DNA of 64,000 bases, taken from the NCBI GenBank assembly GCA_002633005.1, contig NMRA01000277.1, forward strand, positions 429,152-493,151. The letters are read 5' to 3'. The notes under the pieces are model-generated. The model did no database searches, was not told the origin of the DNA, and saw nothing but the letters and a program-made list of their open reading frames with translations. Both the position numbers and the translations under genes were made by a program. Each line of letters begins with the position of its first letter. Positions within the stretch are counted from its first letter, which is position 1. Below are positions 1 through 12,447 of this stretch, piece after piece. The DNA comes from Phoronis australis (taxonomy: Eukaryota > Animalia > Phoronida).

Positions 1-46
1 AACATACATGTACAAGGTCTCAACTTCCATGGTTTGTCTCTTGCAG

Positions 47-130
47 CTTATCAAGTCGAGATTCTTAGTATCGCAATTGAAAGTGGATACAATATCATTA
101 AAGGTCAAGTTCTGTACGTCTTGAAACAAG
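47..130 (+). CDS. Internal exon of C345C/NTR-domain protein (complement C3-like C terminus)
   Basis: ttgcag acceptor at 41-46 and gtatgg donor at 131; phase 1-1; translates AYQVEILSIAIESGYNIIKGQVLYVLKQ, joining in frame to the 1426 exon; resembles the start of the C3 C345C domain. Confidence 0.75.
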
Positions 131-708
131 GTATGGTAACTCCTATGTTGAACAAATAGATTCGTTAGAGAAACAGCAGGTGTCGTTAACCATATGAAGC
201 TGTGTCTACCGGGCTTCATATAAGTCGAAATGGCTGAGCCTGAGTTCGGGGAATAGCGTGGCTGAAATTCAATACAACTGGGTGTTTGTGTATTTTATGC
301 ACCGAAACGAACCCTTCATAAGAAATACCCAAAGTCACGAATCAGATCTTTCATGGGAGCCCGATTTATTTTTGGTATTTGATAAAGAATGCTTTTAACG
401 TTTTGTCAACCACAAAAAATCGCGTTTCGATAAGCAACGACAATTTAGGTTTCATTTGAGATTTAGCCTTCTTATTCGACTAGCTCGGCCGGGTCACCAG
501 CTTTAAAACTACATGTACCGTTGTACATCGCGACAACTTTTTGTGCAGGATCTCAAAATCGTGTCATATCTCAGCCTGGCTTATCACACGCACAATGTAC
601 GACACTCAGGTCGTTTAGACACCCCAATGTTGGTAGTTCCATAAAATTGCCAATGTGCTGTAATGTGTGTTACTAAAACCCGATGTTAAGTTGGAATGCA
701 GGCACTCA

Positions 709-772
709 CGCGCGCACACACACACACACACACGCACGCACGCACGCACACACGCACGCACGCACACACACA
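709..772. repeat. (CA)n/(CACG)n microsatellite in intron
   Basis: Direct inspection of cacacaca...cgcacgca run. Confidence 0.95.
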
Positions 773-1425
773 TACAGGTGACTAGGTAACTCTGTCCAAT
801 CAGCTGTGATTCGCAGTAGAACCTTGTACTGTCAGGTTTCATCTGGGCTAATTTCGATAGAGGCAAGAATATGTCAAAGGAAACGAGCGTGATCACGAGC
901 TTAATTGCTTGTAGTATCTCGCACGACCATGCATTTTTGCCTAGTCCCGTGTTTACGGTACCCACACCTGGTAACCGTCTGGTAGCTGTGTACTCAGTTA
1001 TTGAACTGCATTTTTATATAAAGATCTGATCAGAAGATTCATTTCAACCTGACAACTATACATGAGCTCTACACATGTAGATTTGGTCGTGTTTATTTTA
1101 GAATTACCTGGTTATTGGATTTAGAGCATAGGGTATGTGGAACCCCACACTTTTTTTTGTTTTATGAACTCAATTGTGGGTGTATGTTGATAGATTTCTT
1201 GCATGTTTTTCTTGGTGAACGTCACCAGCCTTGGTGTTCAAGAATCTGCTGCCCCAGCACCGAGTAACTATTTGAAATTTGTTACCGCTACCGGTCACAT
1301 AAATTTTGGTTTTGCGTTGTTATCAAAAAAATTCCACACTACATGTATATTCTATCCCCAAAACGCAGAAACAGAGTCTCATGATTACTGGGTTACATTT
1401 CATTGGCGCTTACGTTTCCACATAG

Positions 1426-1579
1426 GTTATCGCGACACTCCCGACGGCTCGTTGGTTACGTTCTGGCAGAGGGGATCGTGCCAGTGCAATAGTTTAAGAC
1501 CGTTGTTCGAAGTGGGAAAGAAGTACTTGGTCGCGGGCCCGGAAGGAATGCACTTTTCGGACATCACAAACGCTCACAG
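1426..1579 (+). CDS. Internal exon of C345C/NTR-domain protein
   Basis: catag acceptor, gtaaga donor, phase 1-2; GYRDTPDGSLVTFWQRGSCQCNSLRPLFEVGKKYLVAGPEG matches the NTR module pattern F-x-x-R-x-x-C-x-C...G-x-x-YL-x-x-G. Confidence 0.85.
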
Positions 1580-2371
1580 GTAAGAAACAGTTGTGAACAA
1601 CAAAGGTCATTGTTGACCAATGGATCGTGAGATTGGAAGTCGTTCGGTTGCAGGAGCCGAATCGCTATTCCCTGCCACCAGATGGAAAGAACGAAGGACA
1701 TCCGGAAGTCTCTACTTAAGCATGCGCGATTGCGCTTTCCATGAAAAGAGCAGCGATAAGTCTCGAAACACTGAAGGGAATCAAACCTGGCACCAGCTAG
1801 TCTATACGTAATTAGCAGTAACAAAGTCGATTCCTAAGTTTCCATGATTTCGAGTTTGTTTTTTTTTTTTTTCTTTTAAAACTTCAGTCCACTCGTAGCG
1901 CAGACTCAAGTATTTAAGCGAACGTAACTGTTAGAGTCACCAGCTTTCATAAAAACAGCAGATGTTATTGCTTTAAAGCTCTGGTCAATGAAAGCTCATA
2001 ACTTCAGGAAATCGTCCCTATCAAACAATGAATTTATAGACGCGATTTCCTGTCGTAAAAACGGCGATGTTTCTATAAGTTTGTGGTGGTACTACATTTG
2101 TGGTAGCACTACATTGTAATACTTACAAGAGAAAGTTGGTTCCACAGGCATTACTTTTCCAAAGACTTCCAGAATTCAAAGGGAGCATCCCCTGGCGTAT
2201 CTAATATGTTACAAGGGCGCCCAACATCAATTTTCTGCTCGACTTAGTTGGTTATTTCTGGAATGATGGAGCCGGGAAACTGGGTCTCCGAAGCTCCCTA
2301 ACATCCACCTGGATAGCCCTAGTTGTTTTCGAAAATACAGATTCATGAAAAATCTTTTTATTTTCCATTAG

Positions 2372-2621
2372 CATTACCAGCAGTATAACAGACGCAAGCT
2401 ACGTCGTGGAGTGGAATGATAGAGCGAGCGCCACCAACCGGAAGGAACGTCGCCACGCTGCAAAACTGGCTTACGTCAAGAGAACAGGCTGCAGTAGCCA
2501 CTCTTTCACATCAAGGTTTGGTCGTTTTCCCACGCCAAGGGTTGGTCGCTTCCCCTCGCCAAGGATTGGTCGCTTCTACACGTCAAGATATGGGCGCTTC
2601 CCGTCGTCAAGGGTCCCTTAA
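2372..2621 (+). CDS. Terminal exon of C345C/NTR-domain protein with 8-aa repeat tail
   Basis: ttttccattag acceptor, phase 2 compatible with 1579; SITSSITDASYVVEWND...KRTGC ends the C345C domain (compare C3 TWVEHW...GC), then SRFGRFPTPRVGRFPSPRIGRFYTSRYGRFPSSRVP-stop; AATAAA at about 3358 and 3413. Confidence 0.8.
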
Positions 2622-4809
2622 TTAGTGTTGGCTCTATTAGCCATACTGGCCGGCAATTAACATGAGGGGAAAGCTGTGGAATCTCGTCGCCATTGTTTTC
2701 AAACCTTGACATCTGAGTCACTCTTTGACCAAACGCGTGCGATTATATGGCGGAACATACATGCTGCTGTGTCTTCGTAAACTGATTACTGACGTTTGAG
2801 TGCACTTTAATTGAGCATCAGGGCATTCATAATAACTCGTGAGCAGATTTCCTTCAGTGAGTGCTCTTCAGCCCTCAACAGATTTACCTCCTAGGTCCCA
2901 AGGACCATTAATCCGGCAATGATGTGAACATTCAGATATATACAGGTGAGACTACGAGCGCCGCGAATGATCTGTCTCTTGCTACACTCTCATTTGCCAC
3001 AGAAGTAAATTTTACATCGAACTTAGTTAGCAGAGTTTCTCGTTCGAGAGGTTTTAGAAATACTCTAGAAATTCCCAGCAAGCATGTTGCAAATACCGAT
3101 AGATACCATTTCGTTTCCATTATCTGTTCAATATTTAATTCATGTGCTTTAATTTACATTTAAAAGGAAAACAAGGTATATACAGTGTACATGTATGACA
3201 CTGTTGAATCGATCTATTTTTAATTTAAAAATTTTGTCTCTGCAACTTCACGTTGTGTTATTGGAGAAGTGTGCATGTTCTGGTAACGGTTGTGACGTAA
3301 TTACAAATCTGCTTTCGATGAACAGGTTTGTTTTCTGATTGATATGTTACTATGTTAAATAAATATTTATACAATTAACTTCGCTGTTGTCACCGTCTGC
3401 AATGGGTTTCAAAATAAACTGCTGGACAGCTTTCGGTAGACCTTTGTATAGGTCTTCCAAACCGTGGTCAATCCATAATTACTGCGCCATTTCGTAGTTG
3501 AGCTGTGGCGGCAATAGAAAATTATTTTGTTGAATTTTAGCCAGAATTATCGCGCTTACTCGCTATTTGTTAATTTCTGAATGAAGTTCTAAAGCAACAG
3601 AGTGCCTGCCGAGATTTTGTCAACATTTAAAAATATGTGCTCAGTTGAAAACAACTGGATATGTAGTCGAAATCTTTTGGGTCGAATTTCAACGACAGTG
3701 TCGTGTTCACTTAATTTTTTTTCGGAGTAACCCAGGTTTCGTGCTCTTGCGTTGCCTTGTGTGAATCAAACTTTGGTCTACCGAACCGGCGCAAACCTGA
3801 GTGCAAACATCGGTTGGGGATCTGACGCTACCTAAGGAATTTTATGTTCATCAATTCCAAAAGAAGACGATATATCTAAATATGTAAATCTTAAACCGAC
3901 TCAGAAATATAGATCACAAACTTTTCAAATCTAGTGCGCACGCCACCTGGGTTCCAACTACCTGTCTGGGTCAAAAATCTTCAGTCTCACATGATGTTGT
4001 CAACAGGTTACGTGCGAAGGCGATATATTGGAAAGGAATATTTTTAGGAGGCACTGAACTGTTCTCACAGGGGTTTGCCTCTCAGAACACACGTCAATAG
4101 ACTCTTCACTCTTTCTTCACTCTGTCAAAAACTGCATGCAATTAAAGAAAAGTTTTGAGTCATTTCACATCACAAGCCCTACAAATGAGCACAGAAACTT
4201 TATTCTCTCTTGTATTTTTAACCCTTTCACTCCCAGTGGAAACCAAGTCAGACTAGAAAAATAAGGGCAAAAAATGCAAAATCGGCACTTTTCACCCACA
4301 ATTCAGCTCTTCCCTGCCGATGCTCGATTAAAGCCAACATAAGATTCCGAAAGCAAATTCCCTACCAATTCCAAAAATGTGGTCCAAAGCACTGTCAACC
4401 AACTAGTTTTTTTTTACAAATCTGACTTGTTTGAGGGCTACCTGAAATCGCGGCCAGTTTCTCAGTTGCTAGGCCTACACAGCTATGCAAAATTGCAACA
4501 GGGGGCCACCATCTTGAAGAAGAGTGCAGCTACAGCCGAGTAAGTGGGCCAGGCCTTTTTCATTCTCAACATGTTAACAAATACAAACAAACCATGTTTG
4601 CTGAGCCTACATACAATGCCTACCTACAAAATGCCCCCAAACTTGGCCTATCTCAAAATTTTAATATTTTGGAAGTGCAGATAGGCCGCGACCGCACCCT
4701 AACAGTTCAGTGCCACCTAATTTAGACTTGTGCTCTGTACCACGCCCTTGACAAAGAGCTCATCGCTCAATACGTGGGGTTATTTTAATATATTTTAGCA
4801 CTTTGCCAC

Positions 4810-6719
4810 CACAGTTGGCAGAATTTACTCAGCGAGTTCACGTGATATCGAGCTGTTTTGCTTAAGACTGTTGCTGCTCATGCATGTACGTGGGCCAACT
4901 TCTTTTGAAGACCTTAGAAAAGTTGGAAATGTTACTTCTGCTTCATTCAAAGAAGCCTGCTTCAGTTATGAAACACCTTTTGACGGACCAAACAGAGTGG
5001 GACAATGGTCTAGCAGAAGCCAGTGAATTTCAAATGCCAGCTCAACTTCGAGTGCTCTTCGCAACAATATGTATATATTGCGAGCCATGTGATCCCATGG
5101 CACTTTGGGAGAGGTACAAACTTCTCATGTCAGAAGACTTCGTTACACGCCCAAACGTCAGTAAGCGGCAAGATTCCTGCAACATGCCGTTGCAGCATAT
5201 TACATCCATCTTGCAAAAAAACGGCATGACTGCTTCCCAGCTGGGACTTTCTGAACCGCAAGAAATTTTGAATGTTAATGATGTATTTGACACAGCTACT
5301 GAACTTCAACATGCAACAACACACTGCTGAATATTGAGCATTGTCTGTTGGTGGACAACATTGTCAAACTGGATCTGCACTCTCGGCCGAATCCAGATGA
5401 GAAAACTGCATACTTCCTTGATGGTCCAGGCGGCAGTGGCAAACAATGGTCTACAATACCCTCATTTCGCATTGCAGAAGCCAAGGAATAAATGTTGTCT
5501 CATGTGCTTGGACTGGGATAGCTGCAACACTATTGAAAGGAGGCAGAACAGTACACAACCTATTCAAGTTGCATGTGCCTATCCTTGATACCAGTTCTTG
5601 CAATGTGTCATCCACGTAGCCTACGTCCCAACATGCAGAGTACCTAAGGTCTGCGCAGCTGTTAATAATAGATGAAGCGTCAACGGTGCCAGACGAGGCT
5701 GCGAGCCATTGACAAAATGATAGCGCACGACATCACTGCCGACAACGCCATCTTTGGTGGTAAAGTAATTTTGTTGGGTGGTGACTTTCGGCAAGTTCTG
5801 CCAGTTGTACCCCGTTCTTCAAGAACTGTGATTATGGAAAACTGCCTGAAAAGCAGCCAATTGTGGAAGCATTTCAAGTTCATGCACTTAACGAAGAACA
5901 TGCGTGCAGAAAAAGATCAGCAAGAGTATGCAACATGGCTTTTGAAGTTGAGCAATAGCGACCTTTGCACATCATGCCCTGAAATATATGCCACTTGACA
6001 GAGTTGACCTTCCCGATCAATGCTAAGTTGTCGGACATGGTGAAGAAGTCTTTAGAAATCTTGGAGATCCAGAGAGCATCATTTTAGCCTCCACAAATGA
6101 TACCACTTTTCAGATAAACAATTAAGTACTGGCAGAGTCACCTAGCTGGAGAGTCAACTGTTTACCTGAGCTCAGAGAGAGCCATCTGCGATGATGAGGA
6201 AGAGGCACACAATTATCCAGCGGAATTTTTAAATTCATTCACTCCTTCTGGCATGCCCCCTCATAGTTTTACAGCTCAAACCTGGTGCTATCATCATGCT
6301 ACTGAGAAATATTAACATTCGGGAAGGTCTCTGCAATGGAACTCGCCTATCTGTATGCCGACTCCACAATAGCACCATAGACGCCAAAGTAATTACTGGA
6401 GCTGGACTGGCCAACGAGTTCTAATACCAAGAATAAAACTGGCACCATCAGACAGTACGTGCTTTGCCCTTCATCCGAAGAACGCATCCAGTTTCGTGTC
6501 CGGTCTCGCATACTCCATCACCATCAATAAGGCTCAAGGTCAAACATTGAATTTAGGCATCTTTTTCCAGCCCCAGTATTTGCTCACTATGGTCACGTGG
6601 CATTCTCTAGAGCAAAGTCCCTAAAGAATGTCACTGTACATATTTGTTGACCATGTGGGGCAAGGAAAGGTGAACGGCAAAATTGTAACCAAAACATTGT
6701 GTACACAGAAGTTTTATAA
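4810..6719 (+). mobile_element. Decayed Helitron Rep/Hel, PIF1-family helicase region (multiple frameshifts and stops)
   Basis: Ordered motifs across frames: LRLLL..HVRGPTSFEDLR, FLDGPGGSGK, WTGIAATLLKGGRT, IIDEAS, FGGKVILLGGDFRQVLPVV, LTKNMRA, YPAEFLNSFTPSGMPPH, IMLLRNI..EGLCNGTRL, ITINKAQGQTL, VAFSR, terminal IVYTEVL-stop; no introns. Confidence 0.93.
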
Positions 6720-7709
6720 TCTTTACAATTTTTTCACAAAATCTGTCCTTAGTACTATAATGTCACAGTGGTGTGTGATATGGTCTCCATAGTCTCATGT
6801 TCTTCATTGGTGAGAATTGCTTGCAGGTCTTGGCCTAATTAACAGTCTTTGGTTTGCACTTTTATGATCACGACTGTTTTAACGTTTTCCAGATGTTCCA
6901 CCGTTAATGAGTGTTTTTATTACTGCGCATGCTCATATGTCGCGTGAGAGTTAGTTGCCGAATTATAGAGTCGATATCGTTAAAGTAAAAGAAGGGCGTC
7001 AGTTGTTATTATTTTGTTATCGTGTTTCATCGTAAATCGTTTTTAAAAATAAGAATTTAGTTGAGCATCATCGGCACAATTAGACTTGTGTAATACCCTG
7101 AATTTTTTGTGTACAAATGCTTCTTAAAACAGATTTTGTATTTGTATTTGTATAAGCTCTCTATATTTTGGTAATGATTACAAAATGGTTTTTTATTAGG
7201 TCAGTCTTGACCCAGTCATCCTTAGTTTGTACAATTATTATAGACTTTTGTAAATACTCTGAAACTGTTTTGTGTGCAGAACAGTATTTTAATACTTACT
7301 TAAGTTTTCAATTCAAGAATATCTGATTATCGTACATTATATTATGACAGGGTCAAAAGTTTTGGAAAAAAGTACTTGTACTGCCTTGGGAAAGCATCCC
7401 GCAGCCGCACACCCTGTCTAAATCTGAAAGAAATTCTGAATCCTTGAAATAAAACGGTCTCTTCAAGAAATTTTCCTTTTTTCTTGCGACGAACACTAAT
7501 GTTCACTTGGAGGTAGCTGTTTCCCGCCGGCATTTTTCACATACACTAGCTTTTACCCGTGCTTTGGCTGTATATAGTTGGTTTTAAAAGCATCCCGTTA
7601 CCTTCACCAATCAGCCATACGGGTCTTGACTCCGTGTGCAGACAACACTGTTGCGCTCCATAAATGACAACTTCTACGCAGAATACAGGGATACCTTTTA
7701 CGCTTCGTA

Positions 7710-7795
7710 GGGCAGAAAAGATGCCCACAAAAATTGTCTTTTCTCTAATAAATGAGCTTACTTAGAATCAGCAAGAATTAGTCATCGCGGAAATT
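7710..7795 (-). ncRNA. Novel Sm-class snRNA-like gene, copy 1
   Basis: Predicted RNA AAUUUCCGCG...AAUUUUUG-UGGGCA-UCUUUUC-UGCCC; PSE-like TTACCTGTATAACGTAATATTT at about 7831-7852 and distal AGATGGCGCTG at 8025-8035; TATA degenerate. Confidence 0.65.
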
Positions 7796-8414
7796 CCACA
7801 CCATGAGTCAACACAGAACTAATGAACTGAAAATATTACGTTATACAGGTAACTATAATTTTCCGTATTTAAAACATTTTAAGACTTTTACTTCCGACAA
7901 ATTTTCGGTAATTTGGTTTACTTATAATAACTGACAATTAGCTGTGTCACATTGGTTGTGTCTAGTTCTACTGCGCGTGAAACCGTTGGTTTTTATGAAC
8001 CCAGTCTGTAGAAACTTTTGCAAACAGCGCCATCTTTTGCCTAATTCACAAACTGGCTATAACAATGTACTGTAGCTTCTTACCAGCACTTGAATGTCTA
8101 CACGTTTCCCTTTTACTAGCGCTTTACTGACGGTCTTTGATTTTTTGTGATTCAGTTCACCACGGGAGCAGTTTAGCATGTTAAATTTTACAAAATTGAA
8201 TGCTATCTGGACTAATCGGTTTGCACCGGCAACAGTTGCACCCGACCAACGTATACTCCCAAGGCACTTTGAGTAGGCCACATCGATCACTAGCCCAAAA
8301 GCCAGGTAAACATATTTGAAGAACTGCCATAATTGCCTCTAATATTGTAATTTTATTTGACTAGGTCCAAATAATCCAAATGCGGTCAAACTGAACAAGC
8401 GATATAGACCCAAT

Positions 8415-8688
8415 GGGGCTATTCGGAGAATTCTCCTCGCGGTGTCGCTGCTGTACTAGTGGTGATTAAATTGCGCATGCGTGGCTGTCTGCATGTAAAC
8501 AACTGGTAAAAGATGGAATTGTTATCAAAATACGTCGTCGCGCTAAGCCTTATTACTGCTAATTTCCTTGGTGCAAGTCTTCGACAGATGGCCACAAATT
8601 CCCAAAAGACCTAAGGTTACTATATTCGTGTGCAATTGTGGTCAACAGGGTCAACTAACTGACAAAAAGTGTGTGGATGCTGAAGCCC
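8415..8688 (+). mobile_element. 5' end of a THAP-bearing DNA transposon (possibly ISL2EU-like), truncated at the N
   Basis: Present after caat in duplication copy 1 but absent from copy 2; decayed THAP-like peptide YC*FPWCKSSTDGHKFPKD at about 8561-8610. Confidence 0.5.
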
Positions 8689-8689
8689 N

Positions 8690-8999
8690 GGTCCGACGTC
8701 GGTAAACAATCGCTTGCAGGGTGGCGGGACGTTGATAAGTGGTCGGAATTGAATTGGCGCGACGTCGGTAAAGGGTCGTATTTCCGCCGTCGGGCCCAGG
8801 TCGTACCGTCGTCGGTTATTAGTCGGCAGTCGGACCAACGTCGGGTCATCGGCGGCCCGACTGCGACGTTCTTACGACGTTGTTACAACGTTCATCCGAT
8901 GGACAAAATCACGTTGGTCCGACGTCAGACACCAACGTTGGCCCGACGTAACGTGAGTCGTCGGACCGACGTTGGACCACCGACAGCATGCTATCTGGG
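8690..8999. mobile_element. GC-rich MITE right arm with CCGACGTCGG-type subterminal repeats
   Basis: Many ccgacgt/acgtcgg repeats ending gctatctggg, inserted at an AT that is unoccupied in duplication copy 1 (6653). Confidence 0.7.
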
Positions 9000-10040
9000 A
9001 TGTGGGGCAAGGAAAGGTGAACGGTAAAACTGCAACCAAAACATTGTGTACAAAGAAGTTTTACAATCTTTACAATTTTTTCACAAAATCTGTCCTTAGT
9101 ACTATAATGTCACAGTGGTGTGTGATATGGTCTCATAGTCTCATGCTCTTCATTGGTGAGAATTTCTTGCAGGTCTTGGCCTAATTAACAGCCTTTGGTT
9201 TGCACTTTTATGATCACGACTGTTTTAACGTTTTGCAGATGTTCCACCGTTAATGAGTGTTTTTACTACTGCGCATGCTCATATGTCGCGTGAGAGTTAG
9301 TTGCCGAATTATAGAGTCGATATCGTTAAAGTAAAAGAAGGGCGTCAGTTGTTATTATTTTGTTATGGCGTGTTTCATCGTAAATCGTTTTTAAAAATAA
9401 GAATTTAGTTGAGCATCATCGGCACAATTAGACTTGTGTAATACCCTGAATTTTTTGTGTACAAATGCTTCTTAAAACAGATTTTGTATTTGTATAAGCT
9501 CTCTATATTTTGGTAATGATTACAAAATGGTTTTTTTATTAGGTCAGTCTTGACCCAGTCATCCGTAGTTTGTACAATTATTCTAGACTTTTTTAAATAC
9601 TCTGAAACTGTTTTGTGTGCAGAACAGTATTTTAATACTTGCTTAAGTTTTCAATTCAAGAATATCTGATTATCGTACATTATATTATGACAGGGTCAAA
9701 AGTTTTGGAAAAAAGTACTTGTACTGCCTTGGGAAAGCATCCCGCAGCCGCACACCCTGTCTAAATTTGAAAGCAATTCTGAATCCTTGAAATAAAACGG
9801 TCTCTTCAAGAAATTTTCCTTTTTTCTTGAGACGAACACTAATGTTCACTTGGAGGTAGCTGTTTCCCGCCGGCATTTTTCACATACACTAGCTTTTACC
9901 CGTGCTTTGGCTGTATATAGTTGGTTTTAAAAGCATCCCGTTACCTTCACCAATCAGCCATACGGGTCTTGACTCCGTGTGCAGACAACACTAAATGGCA
10001 ACTTCTACGCAGAATACAGGGATACCTTTTACGCTTCGCA

Positions 10041-10126
10041 GGGCAGAAAAGTTGCCCACAAAAATTTTCTTTTCTCTAATAAATGAGCTTACTTAGAATC
10101 AGCAAGAATTAGTCATCGCGGAAATT
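10041..10126 (-). ncRNA. Novel Sm-class snRNA-like gene, copy 2 (probable allele of copy 1)
   Basis: Two substitutions relative to copy 1 within the RNA (one in the 3' hairpin loop, one just 5' of the Sm-like site); same promoter spacing (60 and 239 bp). Confidence 0.6.
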
Positions 10127-12351
10127 CCACACCATCAGTCAACACAGAACTAATGAACTGAAAATATTACGTTATACAGGTAACTATAATTTTCCGTATT
10201 TAAAACATTTTAAGACTTTTACTTCCAACAAATTTTCGGTAATTTGGTTTGCTTATAATAAGTGACATCTAGCTGTGGCACATTGGTTGTGTCTAGTTCT
10301 ACTGCGCGTGAAACCTTTGGTTTTTATGAACCCAGTCTGTAGAAACTTTTGCAAACAGCGCCATCTTTTGCCTAATTCACAAACTGGCTATAACAATGTA
10401 CTGTAGCTTCTTACCAGCACTTGAATGTCTACGTTTCCCTTTTACTAGCGCTTTACTGACGGTCTTTGATTTTTTGTGATTCAGTTCACCACGGGAGCAG
10501 TTTAGCATGTTAAATTTTACAAAATTGAATGCTATCTGGACTAATCGGTTTGCACCGGCAACAGTTGCACCCGACCCAACGTATACTCCCAAGGCACTTT
10601 GAGTAGGCCACATCGATCACTAGCCCAAAAACCAGGTAAACACACTTGAAGAACTGCCCTAATTGCCTCTAATATTGTAATTTTATTTGACTAGGTCCAA
10701 ATAATCCAAATGCGGTCAAACTGAACAAGCGATATAGACCCAATTCACGCGGCGGACATTAAAATCCAAAGTGAGGCTCACTGCGATAAACAAAGCGGAA
10801 GTTGACATTGCATGAGTTAAATAGCCGGTCTTTCGATTCCAACCTGGATATTGAATTTCAATAATGTGTCGACAATTAACCACAGAGACGTAGAAATTAC
10901 ATCAGAGAACAAAAAGTTAAGGCGTCAAAGAGGTCTGACGAAAGGGTTTAATTTTTTCGGAAAACTATGTTCGAAACATGAAAAGTAAATATAACCAAAT
11001 TGCGACGATCGTAGTGTTACGGATTATGCTGATTGCAGGGTTACGTTTTTCTTGTAAATTGTTGATCAAAATACTTTCTACGCGAACCAGGTCATCTGCT
11101 CGTATTGTTGACGAGTTGAAGACATATTCTACAGTGGTGGCTGTCATGTGCAATTAATTTGATGATCAAGAATGTTAACATCAAGCATAGCCTGATCCTA
11201 TGCACTCACTGGGACTAACAGTTGACTTGCCATTGATCTGAAAGAATAATTGATGTTATTAAATATATTTTTATGAAAATAAAAAACCAGGCTCGTAATT
11301 GAAAAGAAAAATTATTTGACCATCAATTCTGCTTTCTTGGCTTATAATTCTTACGTCTATTTCATGTGTTAGGTTTCAAATATCAATCTGGACCAAGTTG
11401 AATTTTAAAATTAAAACACCTAATTTGTTCGTCCAAAGCATAACCTCGTTTAAGAACTCAATTTCAGTTAACTGGACAAATCAATCATAGTTATCATGTT
11501 TCTCCAGGAGCCTCTTTCATCCGAGGGGAAAGGTGCCAGTGCCTACTGAGAGGCGATTTTTTCGCCGGCAAGTGAGGGCGGGAACAATCACCTCCCGATC
11601 ACCATCAATAGCACCCCTGCCCTGTTGCAAGCTCTTTTATTAGGCTCTGTCTCAATTTAAAGTAGCCTTTTATGCTCTGTGGTTACAGGTGATGTGAACT
11701 CAGAGAGATTTTTCACTGGGGGAATTTTTATGCCATTCATGCTCGATGGGGGGATTTCGCGTGATATTTCAATACTTTTGAGAGGGGAATAGGGCCGATA
11801 TTGGGCCCCAAATTCGAGGGATTGAGAGCCTTGTCCTTTTTGGAAAGAAAAATTATAATGTTTCAACCCGTAATCATGAAAACACAGCCTGGCTGTATTC
11901 TCCGGTCGTTACTATTATGCTTGGCAACCGAGATGCGACAAAATATTATCTCGAAAACATTTACAAATTTTACACCGGCGGACATATTTTGCTTCGTCGC
12001 GGCGTATGGAAACGACCCAACGCTTCCGAATCTCAATGTCTTTAGGGATTGTAAAGCAGACAGTTGAGTATCCGTATTTTTTCTAGCCGTTCGCGGAGCA
12101 ACGCGAACTGAAATACACAACTATCGGATAAGCTAACAGAGCTATCGTAGTGAACCTCATTTTGGAACGCGTCTCCTGTCGGCGTGAATTGGGCCTATAG
12201 ACTGCCGCCTGATACTAGTAACACTTAATACACTACACGCGTAATATTGTAAAACTTTTACTGCCGCCAATTCCTATGTCGTAATGAGAATGTTTTCACT
12301 GTTAAACCTAAAACAAATACATGTACTAGTAGCAGAAAGATTGTATCTGCT

Positions 12352-12447
12352 GAGGGTTAGTGGTTTATAGCGGGGTTAGGTTTAGAGTTAGGGAAAGATT
12401 TAGGGTCAGGGTTTGGGTTAGGGTTAGTGTTAGGGCAACAGTTAGGC
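12352..12447 (+). repeat. Degenerate (TTAGGG)n-like interstitial repeat; paralogous tract at about 16904-16983
   Basis: gggttag/ttaggg units preceded in both places by the same tactag..agcaga..gattgta..tctg.tgagggtt flank. Confidence 0.75.

Larger units (their letters stand above)
6653..10744 (+). repeat. About 1.75-kb near-identical duplication (6653-8414 and 9000-10744), probably two haplotypes joined at the N at 8689
   Basis: Both copies run from atgtggggcaagg to gatatagacccaat with scattered SNPs and indels; each copy abuts a different TE insertion next to the single N. Confidence 0.85.

Noticed and set aside
4884-5998. Functional host PIF1 helicase gene
   Set aside because: Intronless, riddled with frameshifts and stops, and preceded by Helitron-specific Rep/Hel linker motifs
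7786-7795. Decamer as antisense to 18S rRNA (GCCGCGGUAAUU)
   Set aside because: There is a central mismatch in only 10 nt and no C/D or H/ACA boxes; compatible with chance
12352-12447. True telomere or chromosome-fusion scar
   Set aside because: Short, highly degenerate, single orientation and duplicated with its flanks at about 16.9 kb
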